A stretch of DNA of 64,000 bases from Ruditapes philippinarum (Eukaryota). The notes beneath the pieces were generated by a model. The model was not told the origin of the DNA. It made no database searches and saw only the letters and a list, made by a program, of their open reading frames with translations. Within the stretch, counting starts at the first letter, position 1; the number at the start of each line of letters is the position of its first letter. The position numbers and the translations under genes are program-made. Location of the stretch: contig NW_026854050.1 of assembly GCF_026571515.1 (NCBI RefSeq), forward strand, positions 1-64,000. Reading direction: 5' to 3'. This document shows positions 49,101 to 61,100 of the stretch, in pieces.

Positions 49101-52100
49101 ATAATTGACCAAAGAGATTCATTCATAGAAGAAATAAGTTGATAAATTTAATTATTTGTTAGATACAGTCAAACCTGAAAAATAATTGACCAAAGAGATT
49201 CATTCATAGAAGAAATAAGTTGATAAATTTAATTATTTGTTAAATACAGTCAAACCTGTGAACCAAGGCCATTCCAAAGGTTAAGGTGGGCCCAAACATA
49301 TCCTTTATAGACATGTGGTCTTTATTTGGAGGTGACTTCTATTTTATCATTGAAGGGTTGTCAAAGAGTTGCCTTTTCTCACAGGGTTATTATTATTTAT
49401 AGATAGATGGTCTTTTGCACAGGTTTGGAAGTATTTTTGTATATATTACATTTTCAGCTTTTGAACAGTTAATTATGCCCCCCTTCGAAGAAGTCGGGGT
49501 ATATTGCTTTGCACTTGGCAGTCGGTCCATAGACAAACCGTTTTGGATCAATAACTTAAGAACTCCTTGTGCAAGGAACTTCAAACTTGGTTTGGAGATT
49601 GGTCATAACCACTTGATTATGATAGCAACTTTTGATTATGGGGTCAAAGGTCAAGGTCACAAAGACCTTTTCTGTAAAAATAGTCTTTGACCAATAACTG
49701 GACAACCAATGAGTCCTCAAGCTTCATAGGTGCATTGGTCTTGGGCAGTAAAGGACCCCTTATGAATTTATTATTGGGGGGTCAAAGGTTATGGGTCATT
49801 TTGACCTTGTATGGCAAAATGGTTTTCAAGCATCATTGCAAACAACTAGTGACATGCATAAGAGTTGGGCATACATGTGCATGTTTTACAAACATCTCTT
49901 GTTACTATATTTATTTGTTTTAGTGATATGAGATATAAATGATTAAGTTCATAACGTTATAAAATTATATGCAGAATTAAACAGAGAAATTTTTCATTTA
50001 GTTTATATACAGCTGATTGATTATTTATCTTTTTTTTGTCTTATTAAATCATTACCAAATATTTGATTTATGCTTGCATGTTAAATTTGTTTAATTTATC
50101 TTTGCAATTTTACATATAAAGACAAGGCAGGGATCAAAATAACAATTCAGAGCCACTCCTGAGGATTATCTTCAAATTTCTACCTGTCCTGCATGCTATG
50201 ATACTCGTCCTGCATTTTAGGCATGATTTTCAAGATAAACTTTGCCGATGCAATACAAGATACTTGCCGATGCAATAGACCTAGAAATTTTCATAATCAG
50301 TTTCGTTTACATAAATTTAACAAACAAAAACCGGAAACAAAGCTTGTGTTTTCTGTTATGTATAAATGGCGCACTTTTATAGAGCATTGTCATGCTTATT
50401 CCATTCACACCCGTATCCAATTAACAATGTGTTCAGAACTTTATAAAGTGTGCATTTTATCATAACCTAAAACACTAGCTTTGTTTTCATTTTTCTATCG
50501 TTAAAAATGTAAACAAACTGAGAATTTTAGCTTTCTATTACATCGGCAAATTTCAGCTTACTTATTGTATATTATATTTGTCCTGCATCGATCTCTACTG
50601 GTAACTATGAGTGGACAAGTGGAATTTTTGATCCCTGCAAAGGTTTTTAGCACACAAGAACATTTTAAATGTTTACAAACAGTTTTATGCATTAAAGGTT
50701 ATTTAATGTCTTGCCATCCATTTTAACTAGTTGTTAATTAAAATGCAGTGTAGAAGAAAGGAAGAGTGAGTTGAACATTTTGGGTGTGAGTGGTATAGTT
50801 AAGATCATTGGTGGGGCGTCTGTGGCCGAGTGGTTAAGGTTGTTGACTTCAAACCACTTGCCCCTCACCGCTGTGGGTTCGAATCCCTACAGTGACTTTG
50901 GATTCTTTTATGTGAGGAAGCTATCCAGCTAGCTAACGGAATAACTGAAATAATGCATGGAAGGGCACCTGAGGTCTTCTTCCACCAGTAAAGCTGGAAC
51001 GATGCCATATGACCTATACTGTGTCGGTGTGACGTAAAACCCAATTAAACAAACAAACAATCTAAGATAACTGGCATTACATTTTGTCAATCATAGGATC
51101 TTGTCTTCAAAAATCGTGTGTTACATGTTTAAGTCTTTGTGTTTCAGAGGTGATTTTGCAAAATTCTGTAAGCCAGGAATCATGCAATTGTAAGTGGACT
51201 AGTTCTAAATGATTTAATGTTAATGATTTTCTTATTGTTTTAAATTGATGCAGGAAAGTATTGATTTTGTTGAAAACTGTTGGGTTTTTATTATGTTCAA
51301 ATGTTAAAACATTGTATTAAATTTGTTATTTTCTTCGTCATAAGGTTTTAAAACAACAAGCCTATTAAAGGACTAGTGTGTGTTGCTTTTTTTTACCAAA
51401 ACTTTGATTTGTTTTAATTATTAAAACAATTCTGTCAAGTTTACAAATCATGATTTAAACTAGTTTTAAGATAGGCCATTACCAATACTCTATACACAAG
51501 TTTGTCAAATATGCAGAATTTTTTCTTCCATCATTAGTTACTAGGTATGTCTTGGTGGAAACATATTAAATTATGTTTTTTTTTAGCATAATGCATCAAA
51601 TGTTTTATCTGGATTTTAAATACTTAAAAACATTTTTTAAATTGTTCATTTTTTTCATGTTTACTCAATCTGGAGGCATGCTCGGTTCAAAAGTAAGATA
51701 GAATATAAGCTTATATTTGTTTTCATAAGACGAGAGTAAAATTATTTATTTTTGGACTTTAGGGGTCGGCAAAACCTGATTTTGTCTTACTTGTTTGTTT
51801 TTAGCTCGACTATTCGCAGAATAATCGAGCTAATGCAGTCACCCATTTGTCGGCGTCGGCGTCCCTGTGGTTAAGTTTTTGTATGTAAGCTGGTATCTCT
51901 ATAACTACTGAAGGGAATGGATTGAAACTTCACACACTTGTTCTCTGTGATTATCTAAGATGATTGGCACAAGTCCCATAACTCTGATTTGCTTTTTTAC
52001 ATAATTATGCCCCTTTTCGACTTAGAAATTCTTGGTTAAGTTTTTGTATGTAAGCTGGTATCTCCATAACTACTAAATGGAATGGATTGAAACTTTACAC

Positions 52101-55100
52101 ACTTGTTCTCTGTGATTATCTTAGATGATTGGCACAAGTCCCATAACTCTGATTTTCTTTTTTACATAATTATGCCCCTTTTTCGACTTAGAAATTCTTG
52201 GTTAAGTTTTTGTATGTAAGCTGGTATCTCCATAACTACTGAAGGGAATGGATTGAAACTTCATACACTTGTTCTCTGTGGTTATCTAAGATGATTGGCA
52301 CAAGTCCCATAACTCTGATTTGCTTTTTTACATAATTATGCCCCTTTTTCGACTTAGAAATTCTTGGTTAAGTTTTTGTATGTAAGCTGGTATCTCCATA
52401 ACTACTGAAGGGAATGGATTGAAACTTTACACACTTGTTCTCTGTGATTATCTAAGATGATTGGCACAAGTCCCATAACTCTGATTTGCTTTTTTACATA
52501 ATTATGCCCCTTTTTCGACTTAGAAATTCTTGGTTAAGTTTTTGTATGTAAGCTGGTATCTCCATAACTACTAAAGGGAATGGATTGAAACTTCACACAC
52601 TTGTTCTCTGTGATTATCTTAGATGATTGGCACAAGTCCCATAACTCTGATTTGCTTTTTTACATAATAATGGCCCTTTTTCGACTTAGAAATTCTTGGT
52701 TAAGTTTTTGCGTGTAAGCTTGTATCTCCATAACTAATGAAGGGAATGGATTGAAACTTCACACACATGTTGTCTGTGATTATCTAAGATGATTGGCACA
52801 AGTCCCATAACTCTGCTTTGCTTTTTTACATTATTATGCCCCTTTTTGGACTTAGAAATTCTTGGTTAAGTTTTGTGTGTAAGCTTGTATCTCCATAACT
52901 ACTGAAGGGAATGTATTGAAACTTGAAGGGTTTGTACCTTTTCGGACAATTTTATGTATTCATATAGGTAAGCATTATTATACTCAATGAAACACCCTTG
53001 TGACAAATTTTCGAATAGTCGAGCGTTACTGTCCTCAGACAGTTCTTGTTATTTGATATATTTCATAACTTGTCTGTATGATATTTATATAGTAAGTTAT
53101 AGAAAATTTCCACTTGTCCGTACAGGCTGTGGGACAACATGGGCAGTACGGACAATTGATTTTGCGCCCCTGAGTCTTTATTATTGTATGTTAGTCTCAT
53201 TGATTAATATAATGTTACAATTTTGGATAAGGCATAATTTTAATTCCGAGTTTAATTATCCGAAAGTCAAAAAAGGCGTTGGCTGGTATTAAAGTGTTGT
53301 TTTATCAAATGTTTGGAAGGCTCGACAGACAAAATTGAAAGATAAACATAATTAATATTAATACTTAAATGGTTAAAAAAAAACAACAACAAACAAGGCC
53401 ATTAAATTTCATCTAGATAAATATTGAATGTTAATGATATCATTTTATAGGGAAGAAATTACGAAATCTTGCATATATTTATTTATAGGTTGTCATCTGT
53501 CATTTACTGTTTACTTAATAATGATATATTGTATTGTAAATATCAAACTGTTAGCTAAACCTGTTCTGTACAGTGAGTGCATGTTTATATTTTGATTAAT
53601 TGCTCAGGTATAAACGTCCTACTTTTATTTCATTTTAAACGGAATGTCATTGAAATAAACATTTCTTGTGATACCTCGCTATTTCCAGGAATTTCCCTGA
53701 TTGTGCAGGTGGTTTCAGTTTTCAAATGATCAAGATTTATTTGCAAATGTTAGCTGGTTAAATTGGTGTGTAGTATTTCAAAATAAAAATTCAAAAGATG
53801 TTGAAATTTAAAGTTTATGTTGAAATTTAAATGTTTACAAAATTTGCTAAACCAGAGGTGGTCTTTTTTCAAGCCTTTGTACATGCCTATACAATATAGA
53901 TATTATAGGGCCTCCAGGACTGAATGATTAAGGTTACTGGCTTTGAACCACTGGCCCTTTCACATCTGGGTTCAAATCTTACTAGGGACTTGGGTTTGAC
54001 TGAGGTGTTTATTTAGATTAATGCACAAAGAGTTTTAATAATACTTTGCTGAAGTGTCATGCACACAATTTAATCCCTGTGGCCAAGGTCAAAGTCACAG
54101 AGGTCAAAGGTCAGGTAAACATTATGTAATTGTGTGGATGGCAAATGTTGTAGTCTTTAACTGGGGGATTATTTCACAAAATGTTCACATGCATGGAAAG
54201 GTTTTGGTATTTATTGACAAGTCTTCACTTTCCTGGAATAATTAATTTGTTTCAGGCGTTAAATGGAAACGATACGGTATTCACTAGTGTTGTTTATTTC
54301 TTTATGGGCAATAACTTCAATACAGTTAAAGCTTAGGTTACATGGAATTCTAAAAACTTAATATATCAACTTCATTTGTAGCCATTTAGTACAGGTGTAC
54401 TGTGAAATATTTCTCTTTTATATTTAGACCAGCTTGTTGCTATGTTGACAAGTCCTAATATTTGTTATGTGAGACATTTTAATTGATTGTTCCTGGGGTC
54501 AAAGTAATAATGTTTGACATATGTAATAATATTATTTGTGTATTAACAGATATTTTTGTATAGGGAAAGAGAATTTATGTCTATAAGGTTTATTATAGTC
54601 ATCTGTGCTTTACAAACATTTCATGACAATTGCTTGAATGTAAGATTTGGAAAAACTTTGCTTCAACAGTTTTATAATAATAGATGTTATTCGGAACTCA
54701 GCAAATGTGGGTTTTTCCAAGCTAATGTCGCTGTACAAACAAGCTTTTACCATTCACTTCCAGTCATTTGTACCCCCAGATAAGCAAAGCTGTAATTGTA
54801 AAAGTTTGTTTGAACCCTTTGGTTTAGCTGGGAAAAACCAAAAGTATTTTAAATTTCGGAGTAAGTCTATTAATGTATAAGTCATGTATATGTATTATAA
54901 TTCAGTGTCTGGGGAACAAGCTAGTTTAAAGTCCTATGTATGTATATTATAATTTCAGTGTCTGGGGAACAAGCCGGGTTAAAGTCATATGTATGTATAT
55001 TATAATTTCAGTGTCTGGGGAACAAGCCGGGTTAAAGTCATATGTATGTATATTATAATTTCAGTGTCTGGGGAACAAGCCGGGTTAAAGTCATATGTAT

Positions 55101-58100
55101 GTATATTATAATTTCAGTGTCTGGGGAACAAGCCGGGTTAAAGTCATATGTATGTATATTATAATTTCAGTGTCTGGGGAACAAGAGTTGGCTACCAGAA
55201 CTCTGACCATACAATCAAAACGTTTCTACCTTGATGTGAAACAAAACAGACGTGGACGCTTCATCAAAATTGCTGAGGTATACATATTTCCATATATTTA
55301 CACCAATTGTTTAAAAGCAACATTCTCTCTACAATGAAACAGTGAGTCTTCTGCCATCACTTTTCACATCACCAAGGAAAAGACAAAAACGTAGAAAACT
55401 ATACTTCAAATGAAGCATTAAATACTTTCATACTAGTTAACCCCTTAAAAAAAACTAGTTAACCCCTCGAAAACAAACTATCACATATGCTGAGAACTTT
55501 ATAGTCAAAGAATTGAGTGTTTTAAAACCACAAGCCATTCGGGCTTAGTAATTAGCAATACATACTGGCCCAACAGCAACTAGGTTTTTTACAAGCTCAT
55601 AAATGTTAAACTGTTTTTGTTGATTTTTATGCCACTGAATATATTATTTTTTTTACTTATGGTATACGTGGAACATTCAGATTTGATGTTCTTCTCATTT
55701 GCATTTTGTTTCTCCACTTAAATCATTTACAACATTAGTAAAAGACTAATAGCATTTTGAACATTGTTAACACGGTTGTCACGAAATAATGTTCAGGTAA
55801 AAGATGGAGGGGAAGAGATTTGGTGTTGTCCGTCTGACTGATTCTCTGTCATTCCATCCTTTCCAGCATCTGTTAGGAAATTGTGTGACATAGAATTGAA
55901 TAGAGCATAAAACTTTAACTTTTTTTCAGTTAAGAACCTTAAACTTTATATTTGGTTTAAGCCATGTGATTTCTACTGTGTTGGTTGCGACGTAAAACCT
56001 GACCTAAAATAACCCAAAAAAACATCGAATTGAGAATTTAAAGTGAGATGTGTTCAGTAGATAGAGGATATTGAATGAGTGTAGATTCAATACTGAATTT
56101 ATTGAACAAGTTGAATAAAATTCAATTATGCGGGCCTCTACGGAACAAAATATTTTATTTAACGAGTTTAATAAATTCAGTAATGAACCAACAGAAATAC
56201 ATGTATATATAATATTCTATTTATCACATATCCACGGAGTCGCAAAATTGGCACAGGTATGTGATAAAGAGTGATACAGTGCAATGGAACAGTTACTCAA
56301 CATTTGAATATAATTATTTGGTCTGAGGCTCATAATACTTAAGGCATTAAATCATTCGACAGATGATGTCAATTTCAAAGAAATTTGCTTGTAGATCTTA
56401 AAGCAACATGCATGCCTCAAGATGGTAAAATGAAAAAAGCATTTCAAGTAATAGCAAATACAGGTCTAGTAAGTTATTGTGTGGGCTGATATTACTTGAA
56501 TTTTATTTTTATAATAAATAGTGTGTATCAAGGTAGAATGTCTGTTTTCCAAGCAGAAATGTTTAAATGTGAATGTTGGTAAGCAAAATTTCAATTTCTT
56601 TCAACTATTCAATGAACTTGAAGAAATATTTTGAAAATTGCTACAGCTTTAGATCCGAAATTTTTCTCTGTCAGCTAGACTGACAAGTCAGTAACAATTA
56701 GGTGTAAAATAATTTTACTAAAACCACAAAATCTCTGGTTTTGGATAAGGTGAATTTTGAGGAGAAACCAAATTATCCTAAGGCTGGTACTAAAATCGTG
56801 TTGAATAATATATCAATATGAACACTTTTATAGTTGGTTTATTTAAGCATGTATCATCAAATACTGTTTAAACAAAATATATTTGTTTGTCTTGGCTTGG
56901 TTTCAGTTACATAGTTCATTGATTAATTTATGATTTTGTGAATATATATACAATATATATATCTGTGCTTCCAAAAAAAGAGTTATTTACACTTATGCTC
57001 ATAGGACCCTTATTTATTGACTGATAACATTCATATTTGGTATGTTGATATCTTGAGTAGTCCTTGGGTAGTCCTCTGTATAAAGTTAGGGGGCCACGTG
57101 GGTCAAGGTCACTGGTGATAATAGATTGTTTAATATTATTGCTTATACAGCCTTTATCTGTTCTTTCATATCTGGTAGGTAGATACATTGAAATATCTTA
57201 TAACTTTGTATGAAATTCGGGGTCACTTGGGTCAAGGTCAAGGACACCTGTGCTAAAAATATATATTTACAATCTTGCTCATACAGTCTTTATTTATTGG
57301 CTGATGTGCATTAAATAATATTGATAAATGAGCAGGTTTGTGGAACATTCATCACTTTAAGGAAAAATTTGTATTTACATGTATATAAAGTTGATGTTTT
57401 GTAACGTCTGCTTGTTAAGCATTTTCATTTAATCTTGACATATTTATGTATAAAGGGTAAATGGTTGGCAATTATTTCTGTAATTATATTGTTTTATAAA
57501 TTTAAGAATTTTTATAGGTTTCAGTATGCAAGTTATGTTTTGCAGAGTTGTATGTTTAAAACAGTGACAATTGTAAAACAAAACAAAGAAACAAACAAAC
57601 AAAAAACTTTCACCATCCTTTTACACCCTTATGAACATCATTATCAGACTTCATAGATGTAATGTATTGGTATATTGTAGGTTGGAGCAGGGGGGAAGAA
57701 AAGTCGCCTCCTTCTGGCCATGTCCTCAGCAGCAGAATTCAGAGACCACCTCACAGAGTTTAGTGATCATTATTCCTCTTTAGGTTTGTTTTATATCCTT
57801 TTGCTTCCTTAAAAGTACAGAAAAAATGTGCAATGTCATGGTTTTTGTAGTTTGTTTGTTTTCATTATATAGTATAATTAATTGAAGTAAAATATTGTAT
57901 AATCTGCAATCATAAAATGATGCTCCCTCATTGAAATTTAAAGGGATGCCACTGACATGACAAGACTGGAAATAAATATATAATAATATATATAGTTTTA
58001 GATTTTTTGTACCATTGGAACTGCTGTAGGTCTAAAATAATGAATTGTGCCCACACTTTCAGATCAATCGCTAACTGACTATTTTTCCAGAATAATAATT

Positions 58101-61100
58101 TTCATTGTGCTGAAGTGAAAAATGTTTGATCACTTTTACTTAAAGTCAGGCTAAGAATCACTCTAAATACATTGTATATCCATCATTTTTAAGGAAATTT
58201 CCAAAATAAGTTATAACTGAATAGCCAACAGTGCAGACCATGATCAGACAACAGGATTTGCCAGCTGATGTTTGTCTGCGCTGTTCCCTTGGTTACTGTT
58301 AGTTGCCACTAGCATGCTTATTGAGGTTGCATTATAAAATATGTTTTATTAAAGGTCCTCCAAATCCAGACAACTTACCAGAGGACGGTAAACTAAAGAG
58401 TGAGATGATGACAAAAGACAACAAGAGATATTACCTTGACCTCAAAGAAAATCAAAGAGGAAGGTTTCTTAGGGTAAGTTTCTAAGGATGTTTACGATTG
58501 GAATGTAAATCGGGGGATGATAGTGATAGTCCAGGGCTTTACTTTTGTGTTTTGTCTGAAATATTTATTTGACCCATTACTTGTTGTAACATCACTTTTC
58601 TTACATTTCGGATAGGATTATCTACTGTTTAGTAGTTTACACCGGTGCTATAAAAAAACCTGTCTTACACCTCCCATGTTAGACAAGTCACATGCTTTAA
58701 ATGATGTCATTTCCACGGCCTTTAATGAATGAATTGCGTTCTTAGAATCATACATGTGACATCCCGGCGGGATTTAAAAAAATCCCGATATTTCAACACT
58801 GATCCCGATTCCCGATATTACAGCTTGAATTCCCGATATTTAAAAAAAATCAACAAAAAAAATCAAACACAGCACCTGTATCTAAAATGTAAACCGTGCC
58901 TCCGGGCATTGATTGTTATCTGTCCATATCCTAAATTATAGCGGATTAAATGTTGAGAGCAAGGTGACGTAATAAACAATCCTATACCCAAAGTTATTCT
59001 CACATGTTTAACTTATCACATGTCGTGTGTCAATCAATTGACCTCTTTTGTAATTTGGCAGTAGGTATTACACGCTACGTCATCAAAACTTCCCTGTAAA
59101 TTTACATGTATGAATTCGGCTCAACCTTTGATTTTCTTTGATTAGTGCCGCACTGATAAAGATAAAAGGTGAGCAGAATCATTTAAAGTGGATCATTCAA
59201 AAACCTGTTCGAGATGTCTAATTAACCTATTTTTAGTGAGTGGGTATTTTTTTTGTTTTGTTTAGGAATTACACTATCATCCAGGCAAAAATGTGGATTT
59301 AATTAACGGAACGATTCTTGTATTTATTTTGAGTCTTCTACTTATGTTACGTTATTTAACTGTCACAGTCTTATGTTCATGAATAGTTGTTGTACGTTTT
59401 CAAATAGCTTGTAGACAATTATTGAATGACTGAAAAGACAGATAAAATTCTTCAAACTGAAAATAATGAAATGTGAAAATGTGACTGTTTTGAAATAGCC
59501 TGTATGACTACACTTATTTATTTATCTATTCATTTATTTTTTGTGAAATAAATTAATATTGATCCACAAAAAAATCATAAAAAGTATAACCATTTAATGA
59601 TTTTGAGGGTAATATAGATTCTTTGAACCAAATGTGCCAAACACGCTTTGAAATTCAAGTCGATAAAAAAAATCCAGTTTTGAGCCCCAAATTCCAGCTG
59701 AAAATCCAGATTTGGCCCATTTCATTTGTCACATGTATGTCTTAGAATGATGTCGTTTTGCCGTTCTGAATGAATTTGTAAAAATTATATATGCTACTAT
59801 AAGAAAAGAAGTGCTAAATGAAAATATTAGTTTTCCTAATGTTTTCCCAAAATATGATTAATATGTTATATGCAAGAAAAAGAATCAAACAGCAGCTGTT
59901 GTAACAGACCAGAATATCTAGCTATAGGGTAACTATAGCGAAAACTGGACAGAGCCTCTTTACCGCTGTAAACAGTTTCCCTAGAGCTAGATATTCTGGT
60001 CTGTACTGGCAGCTGGTGTAAGATCCTTATAGACTACTAACTGGGTAATACTGATAATTGATTTTGCTGCCCTATGTGGTATTTAGCTTATCATAGTAAA
60101 GTTACTAAACAGCTGCAGGAAGAGAATAAAAGGGCTGGGGGGATTCATTGAAACATTGTATATAAGTTCTACAGAACCTGTATAAAGCAATAACCTGTTT
60201 ACAACAACAGAATCAAATCTTCTGAAACAAAGATTTTACATGGAATTTAACCTCTCTTAAGCAACACCTTTTCATCAACAACCAATTACAGATAAAAGTC
60301 ACATATAATACTAGGATTGTTGGTTCTAAAAGTTATGTGTGACACACACAGATATATCTATGATATTATGATATTATCGCTGCTGATGGCTTAGAGGTTG
60401 CAAGATTCAGAGGTTGCAAGGTTGGATGGCAATTAACTCTTTTAATATGAGTTTAGGTAAAAATGACAGGTGACAGTTGGGTTAGTTGTCTTACTATGAA
60501 CCAAACCTTGGTCCGACAATTACATTATTGACAGTGATTTGCCTTCTTATAAAACAAACTACAATAAAAGGCCTCTTCCCAAATGAAATTTTCTTTGAAA
60601 TCATGCAGTTTTCCCAAAAATCTGAACTTAAACCAGCTTTTTTTTCCTTCCCAAATCCCAAAATAGCAATGATAGTGACAATTTTTCCCAAAATCAAGAG
60701 GCAAAGGCCCCTTCCAAATTAAGTGTGAAAAATCTCTGATTGAATAAACTATATAACTGGTATAAATTTACATCCCCATTGGATGATATCATTATTCAAG
60801 TAACTTTTATTCACAGGTAGCGCAGACGGTACAGAGGGGAGGACCAAGGTCACAGATTGCTATCCCAGCACAGGGACTGATCGAGTTCCGTGATGCTCTA
60901 ACTGATCTCCTTGATGAATTCGGAACTGATGATCATGGTAAATTCTGCTTAAACTAACCAGGGATTTTTTTGGGGGCTTATTATACCCCCACAAACGAAG
61001 TTTAGGGGGGGTATATAGGAGTCAGCTTGTCGGTCGGTCCGTCCGTCGGTCGGTCCACATCATGGTTTCCGGACGATAACTAGAGTTTGGAATGAGGTAT

